64,000 nucleotides of DNA from a virus, in IMG/VR virus record IMGVR_UViG_3300034064_001073, positions 1-64,000 of that record; one strand, given 5' to 3'. Each line of letters opens with the position of its first letter. The first letter of the stretch is position 1. This document shows, piece after piece, positions 49,966 to 58,665 of the stretch. Position numbers and translations under genes: made by a program. The notes below the pieces were generated by a model. It ran no database searches, had not been told where the DNA came from, and saw only the letters and a program-made list of their open reading frames with translations.

Positions 49966-50415
49966 CTAAGCAGCTAAAGTTGTCTCTGTTGCATTAATTT
50001 TAATTGTTGCTTCACTAAAAAAATTAACGCCATTCCCTTTAGGAACGAATGTCTTTAGCATAAGATACCTACTTCTAATTGCTCCAGGCTCTATATTCGG
50101 AAGGATAACTGTGTTGTTGTATGGTAAATTCTCCCAGTTCTGAGCTCTTATATCTGCAGTAACAGACTCCATAGGCATTAACTGATAGATAATTCCATTG
50201 TTTGAAATAGGTCCATTAGTCACACCATTGATAGCAATAGAAACTGTAATGTTTGTATAGCCAAGATCTTCATTGTCATTTTGCAATGTTAAAGTCTGAT
50301 AGCGATATGAACCATCTGTAGTGTCATGGAAGGCTATTATTTTTGTATTTAAATTTTCTACTAGTTGGTCTGAAAGACCAGTCACTGGATCATTGATATA
50401 AAGTGCAAGTCCCAT
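49966..50415 (-). CDS. hypothetical beta-rich protein
   Basis: 149 aa ORF with AAGGA RBS directly after terminase. Confidence 0.6.
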   Translation of the reverse strand: MGLALYINDPVTGLSDQLVENLNTKIIAFHDTTDGSYRYQTLTLQNDNEDLGYTNITVSIAINGVTNGPISNNGIIYQLMPMESVTADIRAQNWENLPYNNTVILPNIEPGAIRSRYLMLKTFVPKGNGVNFFSEATIKINATETTLAA

Positions 50416-50424
50416 AGGATTTCC

Positions 50425-52563
50425 TTATTTAATAGTTCGACCACTTGGTCGTTGGTAGTTATGCCGTGAGTTAAACACTGGAGCTATTGCTTGTCCCATG
50501 TTTCCCTTGCCGTCTCTAGTAACAATCATATCTCTTTCCCAAGCTCTTCTATCTAAGTCACTGTAGTGTTCTGTTGTTTTCTGGTAAGGACCAGAACCAT
50601 TTTTTCTACCTTCTATAGCAGAAGTCCTTTCATTTTGCAAGTGTTTAAGTAATTCTCCTCCTGTTAATTTCCTAGCATGAGGATCTTGTAGCTGCTCACC
50701 AAGCATTGAATGTCCAACAGTCTCTGTTATTCCAAAGCTAGAAATCATACCCTTAGACATAGCAAGAGGACCTTCCTCTATGGTAAAGGCTACTAAGCTT
50801 AGCATGAAGGCGTCTAAGGCGTGATCACCAATGCTTGTGTTGTCTTGTCCAAACACAGGAGTTCCATTTGGTTGACGAGATTTAATTATATAGTTTAGAA
50901 GTTGCTTTCTTAGCAAGTCATCCTCAAAGGAAAACTTAACAATTCTATCTTCAAATCTACGGACTGCATTTTCTACTAGAAAAGGTTTGGCTGGATGTTC
51001 AATAACTCTACCAGTTGAAGGCTCTCTGATTGAGACCTTACTTCCAAAGTCATAAGCTTTAATTCTTCTTTGAACATTAAACTCATAAGTCCCTGGCTTC
51101 TGCTGAGAGGACCACATTTTTAGAGTCTCCCATTGAGTAGCACCGTGTCCTTTGTCAACATAGATATGTTGTGGTTGCCAAAAAGTAAGAAGTTCTGTTA
51201 TCTTCTGAAGACCTTGTAGCTGTGTAAAGTTTTGCTTTGGAACATTTATAATTTCCATTACTTGTAACCCAATCTGAGGATGAAATCCTGTAATACATAT
51301 CCAAGTACCAAAGCTAGTATTCCAGTCAACTCCTAAACTATATCTAAAGCCAGGAAGTTGGCCGTCTATCTTCGCTTCGCGCATTTGCGCATAAGTATAT
51401 CCATCCATAGCGCTAGTAACTAATGGAGCAGCAAACACGCCATCGGCATTGCTAATAAACATTGCCATAACTTCTTGTAGCCAACCGTCACTCGTATATT
51501 CTCTACGCATCTCATTGCGTAATGATTTCCAGTTAATCTTTGTCTGGGCAAACGGCGTTTCATCAATAACTGCTGTTGGAAAATAGAATTCTTTCCAGTC
51601 TGGAGCTTCTTGGCACCATTCATAAAACTTACTACGAAGACCACTTGGAGTAGATGCAACTCTTATTAGACAATCACTGTGAGACTGCGCAATCGGTAAG
51701 ATTGTTGTAAAGTCTTTTTCAGTCATATAGTCAACCTCATCTAGAACTATAACGTGCGCGTCCTGACCACGAACAGCACTAGCACCATTACTACCAGTCG
51801 TGAAGCCAGAAATTATAGCTCCATTATCAAGTCTTAGTTGATGATAAGGAGATTGCTTATATCTAAATTCTTTTTTTAAACTAATATTGCTATTTAGCAA
51901 TTCAAGAATTCTGTTAAATATAGCTGTAACTTGCGAGTCAAAAGGACAACAAATAAGAATTTTAATTCCATTCACGTTCTCTTTTATCTCATCGTCAAAG
52001 TATTCTCTAATTCTAGTAAAGGCATGGAATAGTATCTCAATAGCAAGCGCGTCTGATTTACCTGAACGTCTTCCAAACCTAAAGACCTTTTTCTTACTCT
52101 GGCAACGAAGAGCAATCTCTTGATGTGCTCTAGGTTTCCATCCAAACATTTTATTAGCAAAGGTAACTGGATCTGTATTAATAATTAATGCGTCTTTCTC
52201 TTCAGGAGAAAGTTCATTAGCAAACTCCGAGTATTGCTCTAGATAGTCCTTTGGAATCAAAGGACAGCTAATTTGAAAGGCATGAGTTGGAAAAGCTTTT
52301 GGATCAGCTTTAACTTTCCTTTTACTTTCAATGGGATGAGTTGGGTAGTCTTTTTTATATTTTTCAATATGAGAAATCTGACAATTCTCGCAACCTGAAG
52401 AACACTTTGCACCAGTCTTTGTTTTTGTTTTCAGCCCATAATTATTAATATAATCTCGGACAATAGTAGAAGCAAAAGGAGTCCAGTAGTCTACATAAGA
52501 CACGTCTGAACTTTCTGTTTCTACTTTTTTATATAGATTTTCTATTGCAAGTATTTCATTCAT
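50425..52563 (-). CDS. terL: terminase large subunit
   Basis: Walker A FGRRSGKS, Walker B VIVLDEVD, coupling motif ASTP, nuclease LGVDWN..YVDKGHG..DHALDAF. Likely start is ATG 52563, 1 nt after the upstream stop (ORF track start 52593). Confidence 0.95.
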   Translation of the reverse strand: MNEILAIENLYKKVETESSDVSYVDYWTPFASTIVRDYINNYGLKTKTKTGAKCSSGCENCQISHIEKYKKDYPTHPIESKRKVKADPKAFPTHAFQISCPLIPKDYLEQYSEFANELSPEEKDALIINTDPVTFANKMFGWKPRAHQEIALRCQSKKKVFRFGRRSGKSDALAIEILFHAFTRIREYFDDEIKENVNGIKILICCPFDSQVTAIFNRILELLNSNISLKKEFRYKQSPYHQLRLDNGAIISGFTTGSNGASAVRGQDAHVIVLDEVDYMTEKDFTTILPIAQSHSDCLIRVASTPSGLRSKFYEWCQEAPDWKEFYFPTAVIDETPFAQTKINWKSLRNEMRREYTSDGWLQEVMAMFISNADGVFAAPLVTSAMDGYTYAQMREAKIDGQLPGFRYSLGVDWNTSFGTWICITGFHPQIGLQVMEIINVPKQNFTQLQGLQKITELLTFWQPQHIYVDKGHGATQWETLKMWSSQQKPGTYEFNVQRRIKAYDFGSKVSIREPSTGRVIEHPAKPFLVENAVRRFEDRIVKFSFEDDLLRKQLLNYIIKSRQPNGTPVFGQDNTSIGDHALDAFMLSLVAFTIEEGPLAMSKGMISSFGITETVGHSMLGEQLQDPHARKLTGGELLKHLQNERTSAIEGRKNGSGPYQKTTEHYSDLDRRAWERDMIVTRDGKGNMGQAIAPVFNSRHNYQRPSGRTIK

Positions 52564-52564
52564 A

Positions 52565-53467
52565 TTAGTAAGATAGCATTGAAGACGTCCCATATATAGC
52601 AGTTGAACCTGAGTATCTTGCTTTTGGAGCGCTCATCATATAACTCTCATTTCCTATAGCTTTCATTGCACTGAATCTAGAATTTTCCATTGCATTTATA
52701 GAACGTTGCCTAATGCTTGCGCCCATTGAGCTAGACATACCTGGAGTTGGACCTCTATTCCAAGAAATACCGCCCATTCTGCCAGACCTAATATACTGTG
52801 CACCTTGGTTTCTAACATCAAAAATCTTAAAAGCAGTATAGCCTGCAGCAGCAGCAACTGCGGCTCCAGTTAATCCAACCATAGGATTAAGCAAGGCCCC
52901 AGCAATAACTTTGTTTTGAACAAGCCCAGTAGCAATGCCAAGAGCTGTATTGCCTACGCCTCCGACTATACCTGCTTGCCTATAGCCTGATTTAAAGTCG
53001 CCAATAGCACCGTGCGCCATAAGAGCAGGAGCAATAATCGTAGATAGACCTCCCATCTTGACTAACTGTTTGTTTAGCCAGCCATCTCCAACTTGATCAA
53101 GAAGTTTAAAGCCATGATATCGGGCACCATGAAAAAACTTTGAAATGCCACTCGAATTGCTATGTGCCGCAGAGATATAGTTTTTCCAACCTTGGTAAGC
53201 GTCATCTAAATTATTAGCCACTTGCCAAAAAGCTTCTTCAGCCCTATATACTGGATGTACATATCCAGTTGAGCCTAAGGCTCTGCCAAAGAAAGAGTCA
53301 ATAAACCCTGATGCTTTACCACTTTGGTCAAAACCAGTAACTCTACGGTTTAAACCAAAGTCATTGATTACTGAACCTAAGCCTGCAAAAAAACCTCTAG
53401 TAGTTAAGTCTAGTTCGTTTTGAACAAAACCACTATTATAGATTCTTGAACCGTAGTTCCTATTTAC
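52565..53467 (-). repeat. duplicated 903-bp 3' gene segment, copy B
   Basis: VNRNYGSRIYNSGFVQNELDLTTRGFFAGLGSVINDFG...MLSY. Same length as copy A, roughly 70% aa identity by eye. Confidence 0.9.
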
Positions 53468-55801
53468 AGACCCTGGTGGTGCCATTGGACTTCCTAAGAC
53501 AGCTGGACTAGTACCTGTTTTTAATCCTTGAAGGGCTTTGTAAGTACCTACAGCAGCACCTGCTCCTCCTATTATAGCAGCGCCTGTTATCAGTGCCCCT
53601 GAAAGACTTGACGGACCCGCTGGGGCTCCTGTCGCAGCAGATGCTATGCTTGGGAAAGCTGCTGCAGCCGCTCCTACGGCAATGCCTATTCCAAGGCCTT
53701 TTAATGATTTAAGTCTTCTTATTCTGTCAGGGGTAAGTTTAAATCTAGCTTTAATTTCTTTTTCTGCGGTTTGCAGTATTTTTCGAGACTTAGCGTTGTC
53801 AGATCTAGAATGAAAATTTAAAGTTCTAGGCCTATCTAAGTGTCCAAATGGAAGTCCAGTTTCTGGGTCATTTTTTTTAATACCTAGCATCTTCGTAAGA
53901 TGCTCTCGGGCCTTGTGTGGCTGTGAAGCTTCTTGAGTTCCAAAAAATTGTCTAAAAGTTTCAAAGAATGAAGAAATTTCTCTAGTTCTTCCAAGTGGAG
54001 TAGCAGCGTCTCCGTTTGATGGAAATGCTTGTTGAATTTCTTTTACAAAAGGATGACTAGCATGAGTACTATTTAACTGTTTGTACCCCCAGTCAAAAAA
54101 GCCATTGCCTCTGCTTAAGGCAAAGCCTATATCCTCCGGAGTACCCTCTTCGCTTATAAGATAGCCAAATTCCGCTCCTACCTTCATCTCTCGTTGGTGA
54201 GCGCCATTTCCAACGCAAAAATTGCCACCATATTTAATATTTATTGCATTAGCTCCTATTTGGGCTTCTTCAGCCGTGGCTAATCTAAGCTTTAATTTTT
54301 TACCTAAAAATTCACCAGAAGTTTCAATCTCTCTAGGCATATTAGTAGAAACATCGGTAGGAAGACCCGCTCTTAACCCAATCCAAGAATCTACAACATC
54401 ATTTATATTTTTAATTCCTCCTAAAATACTTTGTTCATTCTTGCCCTTATTTTCAAAATAATAACTTAAAAATTGCCCATACCCACCAGCAAGAAAAGGT
54501 TTAATTGCAGCAGCTACCTCTCTGCCGGTTGAAGCATCTATTTTTGCCAGAATAGGATGTAATCCTTCTTCAACTGCAGCCATTGCTGATGGAGATTTAA
54601 ATAAGAAATCTTGTAGTCCTGGGCTTGCACTAGGAAGAAAATGTGCAGCAGCAAGATCTACGTCAGAAACACCTATAAAATCTCTACCAGTTGCGAGAGA
54701 AGTTCTATTTATCAAAGAATCCCCTGGAGATTTGCCAGCCCGTAAAGGCGCAGGCCTTCGACCTGCTACTGCTCCTATATCCCATTGGGAATCCGTAACT
54801 GAAGGTAGGACTTCTCGATCGCTAAAACCTTTCAAAACAAAAGGTAAATTTTTTCCCTTAACAAAAGGAAGTATAGCCTTGATTTCTCCCGGTAAAGAAT
54901 CAATATTTTGTCCAATTTTATTTGCTCTTCCAGCAAAGTCTGAGAATTCCATGAGAGAAAGATCTATTTGTCTACTCTCAGGTACAATTCCGAAAGCTTT
55001 AGCTTTTTTTGTTCTTTCTGGAACAGCTGCTGCAGTTTGAGACCACTGAAGCAAGTCCTCATCTGTCACCGGAGTTTGCCAATATCTTTTTGCTGCTTTT
55101 AATTCTTCAGTATGATATGTTCTGCCTAAATGCTCAGCTTTTAGAGTCAATCCAACAGGTAACGCAGGAATTCTTTTTTCTGCAGTGCGAGGGTAGTCAA
55201 GTAACGCTTTTCCTGCATGATTTAGGCCAGCTCCACCTTCATCATATATCTGATCACTATTAGAAGGATCTATATATTCAAAAACTTTCATTACCGCTTC
55301 CATAGCGGGTCTATCATGGTAATCTAAAATAGCATCTGACATTCTCATGACTGGATTTGGGTCACCTAGTCCAGCAGATGAAATAGAAAACCTTGAAGTT
55401 TGCTTAAACGCGGTGTCATTAAAATGATACAAGGCACTAAAAACTCTATCCGCAGTTAAACCTTCTTCAGCCATCATAGGCGCAAATCTACGCCAATTTA
55501 TTTCAAAATTGTTTCGAACGGATTGTCCATCTATCTGACCTGTTCTAGAAACTAAATTTCTATTTTGGCTTGTTTGTATTTCTTTAAAATTACTATCTGT
55601 AATAGCACCTTGCTCAAGATCATAAATATCTTTAATGCTGCTTGCATTAAGTGTGTTAGAGGCGTTACTATATCTAGGGGATTTTGTTGCATCAGTAACC
55701 GTTTCCGCTATATCTGGAAAAATATTTTGCAAACGACTAATGTCTGCATTGCCAAGATACATCTCATCTATAACTTTTTTAAGATCTGGATTTTCAGCCA
55801 T
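52565..55801 (-). CDS. putative ejected virion protein B: unique N-terminus + signal-peptide-like hairpin + conserved 300-aa C-terminal domain
   Basis: 1078 aa. The last 300 aa are colinear and ungapped with those of 55815..58661. GGNFCVG is weakly PcfJ-like. Confidence 0.6.
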   Translation of the reverse strand: MAENPDLKKVIDEMYLGNADISRLQNIFPDIAETVTDATKSPRYSNASNTLNASSIKDIYDLEQGAITDSNFKEIQTSQNRNLVSRTGQIDGQSVRNNFEINWRRFAPMMAEEGLTADRVFSALYHFNDTAFKQTSRFSISSAGLGDPNPVMRMSDAILDYHDRPAMEAVMKVFEYIDPSNSDQIYDEGGAGLNHAGKALLDYPRTAEKRIPALPVGLTLKAEHLGRTYHTEELKAAKRYWQTPVTDEDLLQWSQTAAAVPERTKKAKAFGIVPESRQIDLSLMEFSDFAGRANKIGQNIDSLPGEIKAILPFVKGKNLPFVLKGFSDREVLPSVTDSQWDIGAVAGRRPAPLRAGKSPGDSLINRTSLATGRDFIGVSDVDLAAAHFLPSASPGLQDFLFKSPSAMAAVEEGLHPILAKIDASTGREVAAAIKPFLAGGYGQFLSYYFENKGKNEQSILGGIKNINDVVDSWIGLRAGLPTDVSTNMPREIETSGEFLGKKLKLRLATAEEAQIGANAINIKYGGNFCVGNGAHQREMKVGAEFGYLISEEGTPEDIGFALSRGNGFFDWGYKQLNSTHASHPFVKEIQQAFPSNGDAATPLGRTREISSFFETFRQFFGTQEASQPHKAREHLTKMLGIKKNDPETGLPFGHLDRPRTLNFHSRSDNAKSRKILQTAEKEIKARFKLTPDRIRRLKSLKGLGIGIAVGAAAAAFPSIASAATGAPAGPSSLSGALITGAAIIGGAGAAVGTYKALQGLKTGTSPAVLGSPMAPPGSVNRNYGSRIYNSGFVQNELDLTTRGFFAGLGSVINDFGLNRRVTGFDQSGKASGFIDSFFGRALGSTGYVHPVYRAEEAFWQVANNLDDAYQGWKNYISAAHSNSSGISKFFHGARYHGFKLLDQVGDGWLNKQLVKMGGLSTIIAPALMAHGAIGDFKSGYRQAGIVGGVGNTALGIATGLVQNKVIAGALLNPMVGLTGAAVAAAAGYTAFKIFDVRNQGAQYIRSGRMGGISWNRGPTPGMSSSMGASIRQRSINAMENSRFSAMKAIGNESYMMSAPKARYSGSTAIYGTSSMLSY

Positions 55802-55814
55802 GTTAGCCTCTTGT

Positions 55815-56717
55815 TTAATAGGATAGTACTGGAGTTATCCCATGGATTCCAGTTGAATTAGCATATCTGCTTTTTGGAACATTCATCATGTAGCTTTCAT
55901 TGCCCATTGCTTTCATTGCATTAAATTTCGAGTTGTTCATAGAGTTAAGTGCCCGCTGTCTTGCCGTTGCTGCCATTGAGCCTGACATACCAGGTGTTGG
56001 GCCACGATTCCAAGACAAGCCACCCATTCTACCTGATCTTATATAGTTAGCACCTTCATTCCTGACATCAAAGATTTTGAATGCAGCATAGCCAGCTGCA
56101 GCTGTAATACCTGCGCCTAATAGGCCAGTAAGTGGATTAAGCAAAATACCAGCAATAACTTTATTCTGAACAAGACCACTTATAAGACCAGTCACAGTCT
56201 TAAGAGCGCCACCAATCAGTCCACCTCTTCTGTAACCTTCTTTAAAGTCAGTTAAAGCTCCATGTGCCATTAATGCGGGCGCTACTACAGTGCTAAATCC
56301 GCCTGCTTTAACTAGTTGTTTATTTAGCCATCCGTCTCCAACTGAATCTAAGGCTCTGAAGCCATGATATCTAACTCCCTGAAAAAGCTTGCTAATTCCA
56401 CTTGAGTTCTTATATGAAGTATTGATATAGTCTTTCCATCCCTGGTAAGCATCATCTATGTTATGTGCAACTTTCCAGAAGGCTTCTTCTTTCCTAAAAA
56501 CAGGATGAACATATCCGTCTCCTTTTAATGACTTACCAAAAAGAGAATCAATAAAGCTATCAGGAGCGCCACTAGTATCAAAGCTACCTGTTCTTCTATT
56601 AAAACCAAAGTCGTTAATAACTGATCCAAGACCAGCAAAGAAACCTCTTGTAGTAAGATCAAGTTCGTTCTGAACAAAACTGCTGTTATAGATACGAGAT
56701 CCTCTGTTTCTATTTAC
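55815..56717 (-). repeat. duplicated 903-bp 3' gene segment, copy A
   Basis: VNRNRGSRIYNSSFVQNELDLTTRGFFAGLGSVINDFG...VLSY. Confidence 0.9.
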
Positions 56718-58661
56718 CGCACCTGCTGCTCCAGCGGCACCAGCGGCTCCTGCGCCACCTCCTGCACCACCACCAGCCGCACCTGCGGCCGCCGCCCCAG
56801 TCTTTCCTATCTTAGTGAATAAGTAAGCACCAACACCTGCTGCAGTAGCAACTCCAGCCCCAATAGCCAATGTACTACCAAGTCCACCATCTGTAGGACT
56901 AGTCCCCGTTGAAGCTGATGCAGCAGCAGGAAGACCAATACCCAACGCCCCTATCAGGCCTATTATGCCAAAAGTTTTACCATGTTTGTTTATAGCCTTG
57001 ACTGCCCTCTCAATGCCTGTTTCAACATTTTTAAGACTTTTACCTCCAGGAAGAAGTTCCGCAGGAACATCAGCATAGAATAGTTCTGCCTGCTTAGCTA
57101 ATTGTTCGTGTATCTCTCTAGGACTAAATCCAAACATAAGGGCAGCATCTGGAGCCATTGCAGTCTTCCGAGTGGGACCCCTGCCAAAAAGAGGATAATC
57201 AAAACCCGCATCAAGAGCCTCTTCATAGTATTTTGACTTTACAAAATTATGTAAATCAATAGCCTCATCAGTATACCCTAAAGCTTTACCAATTTCTTTG
57301 TGATATTCAATAGTGCCTTCTGTTCCAGCTTCAGCGTGTTTCTTTATAATCTCAATAGCCTTATCAACCGTTTCTCTGGGTCCATAAAGGTATTCTGATG
57401 CATTAGATGCATTTGGAACTAAAGAACCAATTTCAACTTCAATATTGGGTGGTGTGCCTCTAGGCTCCCACCCGGGAGCACCTGTATCTCTTTCAAAGTC
57501 ATGTTTTATTCTTCCACGGAGATACACGTCTTTGGGATTTTGGTCTTCTAAATCATTAAGTAATCTTGTAGGGCTACTTCCCATGTAAAGAGGTTTTTTG
57601 CCTTTTGTTACTAGATCTATTTCACTAGCCTCATCGAGTACGCCCATGCCGTGAGGTGCAAGCTTTGTTTTTATTTCTAGGGCCTCAGGTAACCCCTCAT
57701 CAAACATAGCGTGGGTCGCTGCATAGTACCGGAGTGGCCCATTGTAACCATTGCCTCCATATGTGAAATGACTCATCTGCGTTGGAAGTCTAGAACCTGA
57801 ATTCTGTATGCTCAAAAAAGGATAGTTCTTCTGGACTTGGGCAGGAGAACAACAATTAAGATACAAATCTTTAATTTTACCTAATTCCTCAACGCTTTCA
57901 TCACTCCACTGCCTCCACCCGCCGTCACCACCGCCTGGGGAGTTCCAGTGACTATGTAAAGTTCCATCTGTGCCTCCATGTATAGTTCCGAGGAATATTT
58001 GTTGTCCACTGGTTGTACCAGGCTTCAGCTTTCCAGACAACTGTACAGCATAAGAACCCGCCGAACCTTCTTGGTTAAACAACCTGGAGTGGTCTTGACT
58101 TACACTGAAAACATTATGTTGAGAAAGAAAATTCTGCGCACCTGCTCTTGTTTGCTTCTGATGAGGCTGCCCCTGCGACGTTGGATGGCTATGCGCATCT
58201 CTTACTTGTCTTACTAGGCCATAAAAATCATCGTCCTCAAGAGTTTTCTTACCCCAATCCGTTGCATCATATGCCTCAAATATAGCTCCATCTCTATGCC
58301 ACTGCGCGTCATCATAATTTAAACCTTCTATTTTTTTCAAAAACTCAGGCGAGCGCACAGCAGCTCTACCTTCTGGGCTGTCTCTAAACTGCTCTTGGCT
58401 TAAGAATCTAGGGCCTCGGCCAGCTGCTTTATCTGCGTTCCACTGTCTTAATTCTTCCTGTTCTTTTTTCTCGTAAGCTCTGTTTCCTTCTACAACTCTA
58501 TTACTCTCGTAACTAGCACGTCTTTTCTCGTTACTATCATTTTCTGCGCCAAACCAATGCTTATCAACTTTCAGAGGCGGCAATACTCCACCATGAGTGC
58601 CAAAGAAATCATGCAGCTTATCCGCTGCAGTATTAAGGAAATCGTAAATCTTCTCAGACAT
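55815..58661 (-). CDS. putative ejected virion protein A: caspase-like His/Cys domain + LGY domain + signal-peptide-like hairpin + conserved C-terminal domain
   Basis: 948 aa. FLGTIHGG (H228) and LYLNCCS (C270/271); GKKP...HKEIGKALGY; C-terminus paralogous to 52565..55801. Confidence 0.6.
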   Translation of the reverse strand: MSEKIYDFLNTAADKLHDFFGTHGGVLPPLKVDKHWFGAENDSNEKRRASYESNRVVEGNRAYEKKEQEELRQWNADKAAGRGPRFLSQEQFRDSPEGRAAVRSPEFLKKIEGLNYDDAQWHRDGAIFEAYDATDWGKKTLEDDDFYGLVRQVRDAHSHPTSQGQPHQKQTRAGAQNFLSQHNVFSVSQDHSRLFNQEGSAGSYAVQLSGKLKPGTTSGQQIFLGTIHGGTDGTLHSHWNSPGGGDGGWRQWSDESVEELGKIKDLYLNCCSPAQVQKNYPFLSIQNSGSRLPTQMSHFTYGGNGYNGPLRYYAATHAMFDEGLPEALEIKTKLAPHGMGVLDEASEIDLVTKGKKPLYMGSSPTRLLNDLEDQNPKDVYLRGRIKHDFERDTGAPGWEPRGTPPNIEVEIGSLVPNASNASEYLYGPRETVDKAIEIIKKHAEAGTEGTIEYHKEIGKALGYTDEAIDLHNFVKSKYYEEALDAGFDYPLFGRGPTRKTAMAPDAALMFGFSPREIHEQLAKQAELFYADVPAELLPGGKSLKNVETGIERAVKAINKHGKTFGIIGLIGALGIGLPAAASASTGTSPTDGGLGSTLAIGAGVATAAGVGAYLFTKIGKTGAAAAGAAGGGAGGGAGAAGAAGAAGAVNRNRGSRIYNSSFVQNELDLTTRGFFAGLGSVINDFGFNRRTGSFDTSGAPDSFIDSLFGKSLKGDGYVHPVFRKEEAFWKVAHNIDDAYQGWKDYINTSYKNSSGISKLFQGVRYHGFRALDSVGDGWLNKQLVKAGGFSTVVAPALMAHGALTDFKEGYRRGGLIGGALKTVTGLISGLVQNKVIAGILLNPLTGLLGAGITAAAGYAAFKIFDVRNEGANYIRSGRMGGLSWNRGPTPGMSGSMAATARQRALNSMNNSKFNAMKAMGNESYMMNVPKSRYANSTGIHGITPVLSY

Positions 58662-58665
58662 AAGC

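Noticed and set aside
51865-51885. TTTAAAAAAAG run inside terL as a frameshift site
   Set aside because: The reading frame continues through intact Walker B and nuclease motifs, so no shift is needed; such runs are expected at this AT content.
52565-58661. Diversity-generating retroelement template/variable repeat pair
   Set aside because: The duplicated 903-bp segments are both coding, differ at all base types (largely synonymous or conservative changes), and no reverse transcriptase is present in the window.
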